Shown: positions 35,323 through 49,385, counted from the first letter of the stretch. The stretch is 64,000 nucleotides of DNA from the human T2T-CHM13v2.0 reference genome, Homo sapiens (GCF_009914755.1 NC_060929.1), one strand, 5' to 3'. Made by a program: numbers and translations. Notes: a model not told the origin generated them from the sequence alone.

Positions 35323-35682
35323 TATTAGTCTGTTCTCATGTTGCTAATAAAGACATAGCTGAGGCCAGGTAATTTATAAAGGAAAGAGGTTTAATTGTCT
35401 CACAGTTCCACATGGCTGGGGAGACTTCACAATCATGACAGAAGGGAAAAGAGGAGCAAAGTCATGTCTTACATGGCAGCAGGCAAGAGAGCATGTGCAG
35501 GGAACTACCTTTTATAGAATCATCAGATATCATGAGACTTATTCATTGTCGGGAGAATAGCACGGGATAGACCCGCCGCCATGATTCAATTACCTCCCAC
35601 TGTATCGCTCCCACAACACAAAAGAATTATGGGAGCTACAATACAAGATGAGATTTGGGTGGGATACAGCCAAACCATATCA
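35323..35682 (-). mobile_element. THE1C-like 3' LTR
   Basis: tattagtctgttctcatg...gagcaaagtcatgtcttacatggcagcaggcaagagagcatgtgcaggg...ccaaaccatatca. Confidence 0.9.
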
Positions 35683-37004
35683 TTCCACCCTTGGTCCCTC
35701 CCAAATATCATGTCCTCACATTTCAAACCAATCATGCCTTCTCAACAGTCCCCCAAAGTCTTAACTCATTTCAGCATTAACTCAAAGTCCACAGTCCAAA
35801 GTCTCATCTGAGACAAGGCAAGTCCCTTCTGCCTATGAGCCTGTAAAATCAAAAGTTACTTCACAGATACAATGGGGATACAGTCATTGGGTAAATATAC
35901 CAGCTCCAAATGGGAGAAATTGGACAAAATGAAGGAGCTAGAGGCCCTATGCAAATCTAAAATCCAATAGGGCTGTCATTAAACCTTAAAGTTCCAAAAT
36001 AATCTCCTGTGATTCCATGTCTCATATCCAGGTCATGCTGATGCAACAGGTGGGCTCCCACAGCCTTGGGCATCTCCTCTCCTGTGGCTTTGCAGAGTAC
36101 AGTCCCCCTCCTGGCTGCCTTCACAGGCTGACGTTGAGTGTCTGCTGCTCTTCCTGGTGCAGAGCACAAGCTGTCAGTGGATCCATTATTCTGGGGTCTG
36201 GAACATGGTTGCTCTCTTCTCACAGCTCCACTAGGCAGTGTCCAAGTGAGGACTCTGTGTGAGTGCTCTAACTCCACACCCCTGCAGCAAACTTCTGCCT
36301 GGACATCCAGGCATTTCCATACATCCTCTGAAATCTAGGGGAAGGTTCCCAAACCTCAATTCTTGACTCCTGTGCACCTGCAGGCTTGTGGAAGTGGCCA
36401 AGGCATTGGGCTTGCACCCTCTGAAGCCAAGGCCCAAGCTATACCTTGGTCCCTTTTAGCCACATTTAGAGCGGCTGGGTTGCAGGGCACCAAGTCCCAG
36501 GTTGCATGGAGCAGGGGGGGTGGTGGTCCCAGCTCACAAAACCATTTTTTCCTCCTAGGCCTCCAGTCTTTTGATGAGAGAGACTGCTGGAAAGATCTCT
36601 GACATGCCCTGGAGACATTTTTCCCATTGTCTTGGTGACTAATGTTTACCTCCTCATTACTTATGCAAATTTCTGCAGCAGGCTTGAATTTCTCCTCAGA
36701 AAATGAGTTTTTCTTGTATATCACATCATCAGCCTGCAAATTTTCTAAACATTTATGCTCTGCTTCCCTTTTAAACATAAGGTTCAATTGCAAACCATAT
36801 CTTTGTGAATACATAAAACTGAATGCTTTTGACAGCACCTGAATCACATCTTGAACACTTTGCTTCTTAGAAATTTCTTCCACCAGATGCCCTAAATCAT
36901 CTCTCAAGCACAAAAATCCACAAATCTCTAGGGCAGGGGCAAAATACCACCAGTCTCTTTGCTAAAACACAGCAAGAGTCTCCCTTATTTCAGTTCCAAA
37001 CAAG
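35683..37004 (-). mobile_element. THE1 internal region, truncated (5' LTR absent)
   Basis: ttccaccc polypurine tract next to the LTR; MaLR ORF-like fragment EEISKKQSVQD...FKREAEHKCLENLQ...EKFKPAAEICISNEE. Confidence 0.92.
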
Positions 37005-37029
37005 GCACTTGCAAAGAAAAAAATATTGA

Positions 37030-37325
37030 CCATCCTATCTATTATTAAATACAGGGTTTCCTGTTATTTTGTCTCAGCTTTGCTTTTGCCCTTCATAGCA
37101 CTGACTACAGATTGCAATGACTTTATTTATTTGTCTGTTTTCCCTTCTCTCTTCTTTCTATGACAGCTTTTTTCTTTGTTTTCCTTCTTTCACTGTCTCT
37201 GTCGCAGTTTCTGCAAACCAGATAATGCATTCTTTTTATTCACTGTGTTTGGAACTAATAGTTCAGTGTCTAGTATACAGTAGGAAATTAATCCTTATTT
37301 TTTGAATGAATGGTGGATGGAAGAA
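37030..37325 (+). mobile_element. L2 3' relic
   Basis: cccttcatagcactgactac...tattcactgtg...cagtgtctagtatacagtagg...tgaatgaatgg. Confidence 0.6.
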
Positions 37326-37679
37326 TAATAGGATGAATATGTGAATAAAGTAAAAATGGAAGGCCATGAAAAGACTGGATAAAAGAGAATAAAGGAGATG
37401 AATTGGGGTTTGAGACAAGTCTAGTTATAAGAGAAAATTCAATATGAAATTCTCATTACTGAAAGAATAAAAAAGCCACACTTTTTTCCCCAAGGAAACT
37501 AATTAATTTAATGTAGAAATTTGGCAGCTTAAGGAACTCATCAAATTGAAAACAGAATCATGCAACAGTGTCTACTTCAAATCACCTGGATAAGTGGCAG
37601 AATAAGATTATGGTAGTAATTTTTGGATTAAAAAAGCTATAATGTAATTCATTGCTTCATTCTTATTGGTAACTATTTC

Positions 37680-38260
37680 CTCTGAAAATCTAGTATCTTT
37701 AAAAGAATAGCCAAAGCTAAAACCAAGTACCTTCCAAAACACAAGCTTTCTATACTTTGTGTTAAATACAATTAAGTAATTATACTGATTTTTACATGTA
37801 CAAATTTTGTTGAATTTTAAAATTGATTCTTGTAATTTATATTTTTAATATAAGTGATACTATTTTCTGTGAATAATAATTCTTTGATTCTCTAAACCAC
37901 ATTTTAAAGATTTTATTCATTTTTTTTTGTGCTGGCTAGAACTTACACTACAATTTCAATAAAAGGAAGCATCTTTGTCTTTCCATTTTAAAGAAAGTAA
38001 ATTCATTACTTCACCCTTCACTTCATATTTGATGAAATATTTCTTTAAATTTCTAATTTGCGATATGATTCCTGAGAGTGGTAACATAAGTTATTGTTGG
38101 CTATAATTGAAAAGCTTGTGGATTTATTCTTTCATCATGTTTTTTTCTCTTTTTTAAATTAATGTGTTGAATTTACTAAGATGTAAATTTACCTTAAATG
38201 TATGAAATAACCCCAACTTCCCCTTCATGCTTAATCTATTTGCTTGGTTTTTAGTAACTT
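37680..38260 (-). mobile_element. Old L1M relic
   Basis: ttgtgctggctagaactt...aagcatctttgtc; aaataaccccaactt. Confidence 0.5.
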
Positions 38261-39284
38261 TTTAAACGAGCTTCTAAGTAAAATATTATGAAAATGTCAG
38301 CATAAAGCACAAATTCATGTCACACATTATTTATAGAGCCTTTCCTGGATAATTCCAACCACATGTGAAGAACTACTCATCAATGAACTTTTGATGAAAT
38401 AAAAAGGAATCCTGTGCAATTGTTGTAAAGAATAGAACCATCACAAAGCTAGATTCAGGGAGATGACTTTGAATAAAGACGCTGGAGGTTTTCTTAGCAT
38501 CCCACTATTTCACAGTCGGTAGTTTCCTTAAAGGCACTGGATCTTGTAAATGCTTAATAATTTCCCAATCTTATAAAATGAAAATGTGAAGTAACCTAAT
38601 AATAGGCAAGAAATCGTAAAAGAGTTAATTATGCAACTTATAAATAAGAAAATGGGAGCCACTGTGAAAATCCTATTCATTATTCTTTTGTATGTGTTTT
38701 TAAAAAGTATGTTAGATCCAATTTTTTTAAAAAGAGGGTAATGCTTTGAATGTGAGCATCAAAGACATGATTACATTTGCTTGGAAATTAACATAAAATT
38801 TACATCTTATCTATTTGGAAAGAAAGAAAAAATTATGAGCTTGTAAATACTAGTATTTGTATAATTTTATAAAATAATTGTTCTAAACATTTAATACTTT
38901 TTACTATTAAACTGAATTTATTTTTAATTAAAATTAGTTAATATGTTTAGCTCTGAAAATATATCCATTATTTGCAGCATTCTTATTTTTAAATATTTCT
39001 ACCTTTCTTTAAAATCTGTGTCACTTCAGTTGCCTTAATTTAAATTAAAATATGTACTTGTAAATTTTCCAAATATTATACAATCAACTTCTAACCCCTT
39101 GGGTTTTTACCATTCTCCTCCCTACCCCACTGGTCTTATGTTATTTTCTTCAGGATGAATGTATTGCTGGAAAGGCTTTCCTTTAATTACTGACCTTGAA
39201 CTGTGGAATCCATTAGAGAATGAGAGAAAAGCTTATGTGTCTGAAATGTTGCACAGCTGTCATTTTCTTTAAGATAAATTAATG

Positions 39285-39435
39285 AGCATTGCTGTTTAGA
39301 CACCTGGGTTACAGTTCCTGCTCTGTAACCAACTAGCTGAGTGACATTGATCTAAGCCCACATGGGACAACAGTGCCTCATCTCTAACATTAAAGATTTG
39401 TACTAAATTATCTCTGAGATCCTTAAATTTTTAAT
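39285..39435 (+). mobile_element. MIR (MIRc/MIR3-like)
   Basis: agacacctgggttacagttcctgctctgtaaccaactagctgagtgacattg. Confidence 0.65.
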
Positions 39436-40224
39436 GGTTTTAATTATCAGCTTCATTTTTTAGCTTCCCCTCTTTTGTCTGCCTTGTGACTGTTGACACC
39501 TTCTGTTTAAATAGCATACAGAATAATAAATCAAAATCAAATTTGTAAGTTTTGCTGATCAGGGAACTATGGTAAATAACACTGAATGTGAACAATATTT
39601 AAATTAATGGATAATAGCCAGTCTTTGTATTATCCGTGGTTACAATGCATCGAAGCTAAGTCTTGCTTGTAATGCCAGATCTTAACTGTAAAATTATTTT
39701 ACTATATTAGATATATATTAGCTCAGTTTATAAATTAACTTCTGGCCATAAAGACTAAAGTAGCTATACGAGGACTTAGGTGTTTTTCTGTTTGTAATTT
39801 AAGTATTTAAGAAAAATATAACTTTTGTCTCACCTCCTCAAATAGGTGTAAGTTTTATGCCTTATATATTCATGTAAACACAACATACATAGTGATTGTA
39901 CAATTTCTTCTTGTCTCCCTTGGTTAGACAAAAAGCTATAATGGTAGGGACTATATATGACGAATCTGTTTCTTCAATGTCTAGGGCTGTGTCTAGCCCA
40001 AACTAGGAACTTCAGAAATATTTATTGAATAGATAAATAAAAATCCACTTCATTAACTCAATGATACTATCTTAATCTTGTTTCAAATATATTTAGTGAA
40101 AATATATGTGAATGACAAATTGATCATTTTGTAGTTTGTCATATTTGTGTAAATAATGGCTTTTTACTTATAAAAACTACTGAGTAAGCAGTCGTATTAA
40201 GTATTTATTAAATAAATGATATTA

Positions 40225-40470
40225 ATAAAAATTAACAAACCTTTATATAGCCCTTACTAGATACCAGGTACTGTATGTATATAAGCTCCTATAATCTTTT
40301 CATAACTTCTATGAGCATAGATATCATTGTTATCCCCATTTTATATATGATGAAAATGAAGCACAGAACAGTTAAGTCACTTACCCAACGTTACAGGTCT
40401 GTTAAGTGGTGGAGCCAGAATTTAAATGGAGGCCATTGGGATCTGGACTCCAGTCATTATGCTGCCTCTC
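40225..40470 (-). mobile_element. MIR
   Basis: attgttatccccatttt...gatgaaaatgaagcacagaacagttaagtcacttacccaacgttaca...gtggagccagaattt. Confidence 0.8.
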
Positions 40471-40519
40471 ATTAAAGTTAAATGATATATAAGTAAAATA
40501 AGAAAATAAGATGTCCAGT

Positions 40520-41470
40520 GATTTCATTAATTACATTGTTTTTTTAGTACTACCAACTGGCAGGCTCTAATGATATGAGTGAGTCTCTGAGAATACGTAA
40601 GTGGAAAAACATACTCTCTACTCTTGGGAGGCTAATAGACCAGGAAAACACAGTCAAAGCACATATTACAATGTGTGATTTGCTATAATAGAGGTGTGTG
40701 CAAACTCAAATGAGAACAAAAGGCCCAGGGCCCTTAAAAGTTACTTAAAAAGTGACAGTGAAGGTTTCACAGTGTCATTGATACTGGAACAGATTCTTAA
40801 AGAGAGACTAGGGAATTGCTGGGTGGACGAAAAACATTCCAGAGAGAGCAAACCAACTACATGCAGGCAAAAAACAGCAGCAAAGCTAGAGATAATGGTG
40901 GAAGGAAGCCAGGATATTTAATGTCTCTCTGTTCCCTTAACTACCTGTCATAGAGTTGTAAATATTGGAATAATATCAGATTTATAATGTAATAAGATAA
41001 AACTCCATGTGGATGAACTGGAAAGAACATAAAAGTAAAGAAAAACTGTTGTAAGATAAAAAAATAGTTAAGAAAATAAGTCATGAATGGCTGAGTTGGG
41101 CTGGCTTTAGTAAAGAAAGATAGAAAAAAGATAAGTTTAAGAAATACCAGAAATAAAGTTAATTAAACTTAATGACCAGTGTGATTTGGGGGAGGGGGGT
41201 TACAAATAGAAAGGACAGTCAAGATGACTCTGTTGTATTATCTGGATAATTTGTAGAGTCATTAAGCCAGGATAAGAAACACTGAAGGTGGGAGAAGGCA
41301 TTTAAAGAAAACAAAATAAATACATTAAATTTGAAAACGTTAACAGTGGGATGTCATTAGATATAACTCTTTCCTAAAAGAGATCTTAGCTTGAGAAATA
41401 GTTTTAGAAGAAAACCATTTAAAAAAGTAGGAAGAGAACAAGCAGAGCTAATTGAAGACAAGAAAATGAA
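40520..41470 (-). mobile_element. L2 relic
   Basis: gtactaccaactggcaggctct...; agtcaagatgactc...gagtcattaagccagg. Confidence 0.55.
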
Positions 41471-41480
41471 GGAATTGGCT

Positions 41481-42790
41481 CAGTGTAACAAACCTTTTGT
41501 TCTCAGAAAGCATATTTACATTCTTGAAAATTATTGAGAACTCAAAACATTTTTTGCATATATGGTCCATATAGATCACTATTTACCATATTAGATATTA
41601 AAACAGAAATTTTTGTTTATTAAATAATTTTAAAAATAGTAAATCTATTACTTTTAACACAACATTTGAAAATAACTATATTATTTAAAACAAAAAATAA
41701 GAATGCCACTGTGATATTACATAATTTGCAAATCTCTTCAGTATCTGGTTTAATAGATGATGGCTAGACTTTTATGTATCTGCATTCGATTTTGTATTAG
41801 TCCATTCTCATGCTGATGATAAAGACATACCCGGGACTGGAAAGAAAATAGGTTTAGTGAACTCACAGTTCCATGTGGCTGGGAAGCCCACCATCATGGC
41901 AGAAGGTGAAAAGTACTTCTTATATGGTGGCAGCAAGAGAGAATGAGAAAGAAGTGAAAGTGGAAACCATTATAAAACCATCAGATCTCGTGAGACTTAT
42001 TCACTACCACGAGAACAGTATGGGAGAAACTGACCCCATGATTCAATTATCTCCCACCGGGTCTCTCCCAAAACATGTGGGAATTATGGGGAATACAATT
42101 CAAGATGAGATTTGGGTGGGGAAACAGAGCCAAACCATATCAAGTTTATTGCAATATATTGGTTTGTTTGAAGTATATAAATAAAATCCAGCCTTACACT
42201 AATATGTAACTAAAAAAGAGAAGAGGATTTTACAGCCTTTTTGAATCATTGTGGATTTTTTTTGATATGACACAAAAACTTCAGGATGGTAACCTTAAAG
42301 TTTACCTGAAATGTGTAATATAAAACCACATCAATTAATTTTTCATTACTTTCATTAAATTAAAATTAGTTGGTCTAGCTTATAGTTCAAATATTTACTT
42401 ATGCATGATTTTGTACCATCATAAATTGGCCATTTTGAAAATATTGGTTTAATGAGATATACCAGTCTTATAATGTTGACACATTTTATTACACAACATC
42501 AAAATGTCTTATCAGAGAAGCCTTTTAACCATTGAGAAGCATCAAGCTCACAGTGGTGTGTACATGTTTTCAGAAATCCTAATTTTCACTGGAAAACTTG
42601 AATGTTATCCCTGGCAATAAAAACTATCAGCTGTTTTTCTTGAAGTGACAAGATCGTGTCACTAATTTTTGAAAAAATATCTGCTCTGAAAATACCCATG
42701 TCTGAAAAACTGTAGCTTGTTTTTCATTTGTTATCTCAGGGAAAATGATATGCTGTGAAGAAAACAGCTAATTCAGTTCACAGCTCATAC
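41481..42790 (-). mobile_element. Charlie1(a) hAT DNA transposon fragment, interrupted by a THE1 LTR
   Basis: aaccttttgttctcag...ttacattcttgaaaattattgagaactcaaa...tatttaccatattagatattaaaac; continues after the LTR. Confidence 0.8.
41793..42142 (-). mobile_element. THE1A/B solo LTR
   Basis: tgtattagtcc...aaaccatcagatctcgtgagacttattcactaccacgagaacagtatggg...ccaaaccatatca. Confidence 0.93.
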
Positions 42791-43748
42791 AACTTTATGG
42801 TGGACATATGTCACTCATTTGATTTCTGACATCTTTTTATGGTAAAAAAATCCCCCAGTTATATAAGATTCATTGGGGAGCAAAAAACTCCCTCTCCATA
42901 CAGTAGCTGGAAATGGTAGACATTTTCTTTTCCACACACTCAATCTCCCTTTCAGCTAGACCAGAGACAATTAACTTATAGTTTTCTAATCAACTGACCT
43001 GTTCCAGATTTTGATTGTGCAGCTAGTAACAGAAAAATCAGGGAGCTTGTTCAGGGACAGTGAACACACTGCTGCTAGTGAAGCTTCAAAGTAGTGTTCC
43101 TGGCACAGATGTTAAAGGACTTGAGTGCTGATATAGGTAAATTTGCAAAAAGAAAATTCCAAAAAGAATATCTGGCATTAAAGTTGCTGATGTATAATTT
43201 ATAGCTTCTAATACCTGGCTATAGCAATTATCTTTTCATCAATGAATTCTGCTCATAGTTTTGGCAAATATTTCTGGAAGCTTAGTATTTGAGCCTGACT
43301 TCTAGCTTCCTGAGCAATTCTGTGAGCAATTCTGTTGTCCATCAACAGTGTCCATGTCTGTTGTCCGTAATCAAAATTCTGAGGAATAAAATATCTCATA
43401 TTGTTGTGAACTTAAATGGGATGAGCTATTCATAGAGCTTGGGAAAATTCCTGATTTATCAATAATAAATAAGTACACATTGGATAATTAAACTCAAAGA
43501 TGAGTGTCTGTTCCTTTGCTTCCCTGTATTCTTTCCAATTATATCTCCCTGCTTATATCAAAGCAAATAGTGAAGTAGGTATAGATTAATGAATATTTAT
43601 TTTGTTTGTATTCAGTGGCTATAATACAAATTATTTCAAATAGCAGGCATCCATATAGTATTGCATTAGGACTTTATAACTTAAACTATCTGGAACAGTA
43701 AAATATTACGTAAAAAACGTGAAAATAGTTGATGATTCAAAAGCAAGA

Positions 43749-44109
43749 TGAATTGGTTCATTCTCATGCGCTAATAAAGACATACCAAGACTGGGTAATT
43801 TATAAAGAAAAGAGGCTTAACTGACTCACAGTTCTACAGGGGTGGGGAGGCCGCAGGAAACCTATAATCATGACAGAAGGGAAAGCAAACATGTCCTTCT
43901 GCACATGACGGCATGAAGGAGAAGAATGAGTGATGTGGGGAAAAGTCCCTTATAAAACCATCAGATATTGTGAAACCTCACTCATCATCACAAGAAGAGC
44001 ATGGCGGTAACAGCCTCCATAATTACCTTCCACTGGTCCCTCCCATGACACATGGGGACTATGGGAACTACAATTCAAGATGAGAATTCGGTAGGGACAC
44101 ACTATATCC
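43749..44109 (-). mobile_element. THE1D-like solo LTR
   Basis: ataaagacataccaagactgggtaatttataaag...gcaaacatgtccttct; 5-bp TSD caaga (43744-48 / 44110-14). Confidence 0.9.
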
Positions 44110-45295
44110 CAAGAAAATAATTAGTTCATTGGCATGAAAGATAAATTCTCTCTCTTTTTTTGGATAATGGATATAAGTAGAAATTCATCCACTGATACTA
44201 TAAAAACAAAAAGTATAGAATATATGTTAGAAGAAGAAAGAAGAGGAAAAATGGAAACATGAAAATAATGATGAAGTAGGGAAGAAATGCAAGAGCCTGC
44301 CAAATGCAGAAATGCCTCCTTCTCTGGTTTTAGTCCACCAGTCTACATTTGAATTCTCCCTGCATGCCAACCCTTTGCCAATGGGTGTGTCTAGTTTCCC
44401 ATATATAGGTGGTCCTTAAATTTTATGCCTTTAGCCTTCAAGCAACCTAAACACTAGGATACACATTGACACCCACATTGTTTTTAACATGCCTTATTGA
44501 GACTATTTTGACCAATCATCTGGTGACCTGCTCCAAGAGCCAACAGTTTCATACAAAAGTTCTGCCATGTTAGAACAGCCATGTTTCTGTAATCCCACAT
44601 TTTGGTATTTCATCACAGACAATTCCTTGCTATTTTCCCTGTAGCCTGTAGTTTTTCCAAAGTTCCTGAAAAGCACCCAGGGGAATAAGGAGAAAAGATG
44701 GTGGAGATTACAACTATATCTTCACTCTCCAGATAATGTTTGCCTTGAAGAATATTTTCTTCCAGAAAAATAAAGAATTTTTAATCAAAATTTTTAAAAT
44801 TATTTTACAAAAAGGAGAAATAAAACAAAAATGCTGAGAGATAATATGAATATGACTCACAAAATGATATCAACTGAGAAAATTTGTAAAACATTAAACA
44901 TGCCAAAAAAAGGGGATTTTATCCTCTGAGATGATAGATAAATTTAAATTAGTTAACAGGTTTCAATTGCTGAGGAAATGTATCAAACTAAATAATGAGT
45001 TCAAATCACTGGAAATATTTTGACAATGTCTGAGTGTAAAATTCAGGTGTGATTAGAATCTCAATGGTATTTTTATTTCTTTGAGCATGAAAATTGTTTC
45101 TCTGACATGTAAGTCTTACTGGACTTTGAAATTAATTCATGTTTTTAGAAATGAACCACGTAAGAAAATAGGACACATGCTGTGCTGCTTTCTCTATCAA
45201 AAGTGTACACCACTTTCTACACAACATGGTCTCCTTTACTGAGATACTGGAGCTGTGAAGAAGGACATGTAAATTTTTATGTTCCATTTATAACC

Positions 45296-45595
45296 TTTTT
45301 TTTTTCTCTTTTAGACAGAGTTTCACTGTGTTGCCCAGGCTGGAGTGCAGTGGCATCATCATAGCTTACTGTATCTTGACCTCCTGGACTCAAGTGATCC
45401 TCCCACTTCAGCCTCCTGAGTAGCTGGGACTACAGGTGCCTGCCACAACACCTGTCTAATTTTTTTTTTATTTTTATTTTTTGTACAGACGATGTTTTCC
45501 TATGTTGCCCAGACTGGTTTTGAACTTCTGGGGTTAAGCAATTCTCCCACCTTCGCCTCTCAAAATACTGGAATGATAGGCCCCATCATCTGGCC
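45296..45595 (-). mobile_element. AluJ (Jo-like)
   Basis: atcatagcttactg...ctcaagtgatcctcccac; ctatgttgcccagactgg. Confidence 0.9.
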
Positions 45596-45789
45596 CTCAT
45601 TTAGAATTTAACAAATACTTAGTTGATAGATGTTATTCAATAAATGTTTTAAAACTGACATAAATTGTAACATAACATACCTTACATAGTATATAATTTA
45701 ATAATCAAGTTGTCTCCAAAGAGGCATTAAACCAAATACTTGAATGGGTTAGGTCATGGCAGGTAGGACCTATGGCGGCTGGTACAGAA

Positions 45790-45970
45790 GCTAGGGTTAA
45801 AGTGTACATTTTGGAAGCAAGATGTTTGGGGACTACAGAATATGATTTCAGAGAGGACTGAGTACAAATGCTCCTGGTTATCTTATAAACTTTAAACTAT
45901 TTAAGTGAAATTTCCAAGCCTCAATTTCTCTCATTGAAAAATGGGAATAATGAGAGTATCTACAACAGAG
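45790..45970 (+). mobile_element. MIR relic
   Basis: aagcctcaatttctctcattgaaaaatgggaataatgagagtatctac. Confidence 0.6.
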
Positions 45971-46929
45971 ATTGGAAATTCTTTCTTCTCAAGTCAACTT
46001 ATTTCAAATTTAGATATTTGTGCTCCTAAATTATTTCCATAATTTAATATTTTATAATCTAATTGAATACATTGGTAACAATTTAAATGTAATACATAAA
46101 TCTGAAAACAAAATGGCAGAGGATGATATCAAATAAAAAGTACAAGTCTTCTTTCCTTTCCTGTGCACAGACCCAGCCCTGATCCCAATTTTCAGGGGGT
46201 TTCTATTTTACACATTTCTGTCATATTCTTTTCCAGTGCTTCCCTTCCAAACCATAGATACAATGCTTATATCTCTAGTCATGATTTATCAGCTTCAACA
46301 ATATATGTTGCCTCCACCTATGAAATATGAGGATTCCGGTTCGCATAAACTGACTTTTGCCATATCCTTCACTCTCTGCTAGTTATATTTTTACTTTTAG
46401 TTTCTCTCTTGCTTAAATTTGTTGATCTACTTGATGTGTTTAATCTTCTGGTCCTTCTACTCATCATTAGACTTTGTGTCATGATTTGCCCTTATTTTAG
46501 ATGAATTACGTCTGTATCACCTCCCCTTTCTCATTTTTCCAACTTATATCTTCCATAGAGCTGTTATGTTTCTATTGTCAAGCTTAAAAACATTCTGTTC
46601 GACAACTATTATCTTTTGTGGTTGTTGATTTACTGAATTAATTTATAAGCTAAGTATGGGAGATAGACAAATATTGGGTACTTCTCACTATATAGGACTT
46701 TTTATAATGTTTTTGTGTCTCATTAGATAATGAGCTTCAGAGATCAGAAATAATTCACATATATTTTAATTACCATCCCTATTATTTGGCACAGTAACTA
46801 GTTTATACAAAGCACTGAGACAAAATACTAGGATGGTAGTCAGTATCCATGTGGTCAAGCAGTACAATGTAAGGTCCTAACATGTGATGCTTTGGGACTT
46901 TAACCCTGGATGCACTAGCAAAAACAAAC

Positions 46930-47024
46930 CTAGGACTACAGTTAAAAATACTGTGTTATATATTTAAATTTGCTTAGAGGGTAAATATTAATTGTACTCT
47001 CCACTCTCCATCCAACCAACCAAC

Positions 47025-47055
<31 letters not shown>

Positions 47056-47195
47056 AACTACTTGAGGTTGTCGATATGTTAACTGGTTTGATTGTGCTGA
47101 TCATTTCACAGTCTGTATGATTATCCAAATGTCAAATGGTGCACTTTAAATATATACAATTTTTGGTCAATTATAACCCAGTAAAGCTGAAAAAA
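46930..47195 (+). mobile_element. L1MA9/10-like 3' end, with a (CA)n tract
   Basis: actacagttaaaaatactgtgtt...aaatttgcttagagggta...gatatgttaactggtttgattgtg...agtaaagctgaaaaaa. Confidence 0.75.
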
Positions 47196-48014
47196 GAATA
47201 TACAGAAAACAAAAAAAAAAGCAGAAAACTAGTCTTTAGGGAGCCAGGTTATTTAGCAGTATAATAAGTCAGAGACATGTTAACTGCTAATAAGGCAGCA
47301 TTGACTGCCTGGTATTGATGTAGTTCCTGGTATTGGTTCAAAAAGGAGGAATTTGTTTTCAAGGCAAGGTAGTATGAGATGCCAGATCAAACTGAATTTC
47401 TCAATGTGATTTTATCACAGAACTGTTTTTTTGTTCTTGAAACAATAAAAATAATTCCAAATTAAAAGAGTGATATCGTGTAAGGTTCAGACATTTGGTG
47501 ATGAAATCTAAGAACTGAGTGTAAGATAAAACGTCATATTAAAAGCACATTGAAATGTTACCAGTGTTCACCTCTAAGTGGTAAGATTATTTCTTCTTTA
47601 TAAATGTATTTTTCCAGTCATAAGATAAAGCAGTAAATGATTGGAAGGGAAGCGAGTGGGAAGGAGCACGGCAGCACAGACACCTCCATGAAGATGTCTG
47701 TTCCAGCCCCAGCACAGGAATGCTGGCAGGCAGAGCCAAGGCAAACCCTTTCCTTGGGAGCAAGTGAATTCCCTCAACATTCGTCAGAGTCAAAGATATG
47801 AGTCAAATTCTTAGGATCCCAATGAACCACTTTGGAAAACAAAACCTGTTTGTCTATGTAATGTAAAAATATATTTTATATTCACTGTCGGAAGCCTTCT
47901 CCTTTTGGGGCTTCTCAACCCTCCTATGGCTAAGTGAGATGCTATCTCACATACAACAATTTTTTTTAAAAAAATGAAAGAACGCTGTGAATTTCTATTG
48001 CCAGGATATGGAAA

Positions 48015-48015
<1 letters not shown>

Positions 48016-48048
<33 letters not shown>
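48016..48048. repeat. (CA)n microsatellite
   Basis: Directly visible. Confidence 0.97.
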
Positions 48049-48049
<1 letters not shown>

Positions 48050-48669
48050 ACTCAGTGGCAGAGAGGAGAGTGGACAGCTTGGAGGATCAGAACAGCTTGT
48101 ATGGGGGTGGCCTTATATTTCAAGTCAAGGCTGCTCAAGTGGTGAAGATGACAAATGGGGAAAACAGATTGGGAAATGTAAGCTCAAGGGGAAAGAATTT
48201 TTCACAAAGGGAATAAAATCAACTACCTAGCTTATGGTTTCCAGCTTGGAAAGAACATTAAAGATGAACTGTTCCAATATTTTCATTTTAAAAATTAGAA
48301 TAAAAGATCAGACTAAATGACCACTTCAAGATCTCACGGAAGAGAAAAGGAGAAAGCTCAGATCTAGCAATGAGGGTCTTTTCTCTACCAAGTCATTACA
48401 TCCTACCAAGTTTAAATACAAGGCAAACACTAGCTCTGTTGGAAAGTGATATTTATTCAGTTTAGTGGGTGGGATTAGGAGGAAGAAGGATTTTTCCATT
48501 TAGCAGTAAAGAACCCAATGTTTAAATGCCCAGATTATTGCCAGAAATGATACAATTTGAAGCAATTATGACATCTTTTTTTTTATTTGTACTTTGTCTA
48601 TCCTAATGCCAACCAACCATGATGTACTGTTGCTTTCTTATAAAGTAAACATTTTAATATCAAGTATAT

Positions 48670-49090
48670 GTTGTCTTACAGGCATCACAGAGATTTTGAA
48701 ACAGAACTTAGGAATCTTCTGAGTGAGCAAAGATAAAATGACACTCTCAGTGGCATAGCTACTGTAATGCTCTGCCTTACCAGCCACTGTGGCTTCCAGT
48801 TGATACCTCATTGGGAATTGCTCACTGTTGCGGGGAATTACCTCCCAGGCCTGGCTGATATGGGGATATAAAGGCCTAGCCATCAGGTCTTGAAAGACCA
48901 CCCAGCTCCATAAGTTGCTCCAGGATCAACTGAGACTTAATTTGCCAGTGCATTGCAAACCAGCTTCTTTCTTTGCCCATTTTGATTTCCCTATTTCCTG
49001 AGATGTATATCTCTTGAGAGCACTTCCCAATAAAATCTGTGAATTCAATAACCTTCTCAGCGTCCGTTTGCTGTGAAGCCCTTCTAAGGC
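48670..49090 (+). mobile_element. LTR16-like ERVL LTR
   Basis: gagagcacttcccaataaaatc...ctcagcgtccgtttgctgtgaagcccttctaaggca resembles the LTR16 3' end. Confidence 0.6.
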
Positions 49091-49380
49091 AGTAGTAGAT
49101 ACTAGAAATGTTTCTGACCAGCAGACCATAAAACTGGATTTGATTGCTATAACAGTCACTACTCAAACAGCAATGAGTAAACCGCCACTAATAATAGATG
49201 AACTCTAAATGTTGTTACGATGCAATTGCTAAGTAGTTAAAACTTTCACCAGTAGTGATGGGATGCTGGTGGAGTGCGGGGAATACATTAGCTGATATGA
49301 AATCTCTGGCACTGGAGAGCTGGGAGGAAAAAGAATATGAAATAAGGTAGCTGTTGCTGCATGTCTTTGATTCCTTGACA
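49091..49380 (+). mobile_element. ERV3-16A3-like internal start
   Basis: Directly follows the LTR; gcagaccataaaactggatttt...gcaattgctaag...actttcaccagtagtgatgggatg. Confidence 0.5.
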
Positions 49381-49385
49381 AGAGA

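Noticed and set aside
36356-36913. 185-aa ORF
   Set aside because: Decayed THE1/MaLR internal ORF; a related remnant sits at 63552-63965. Not a host gene.
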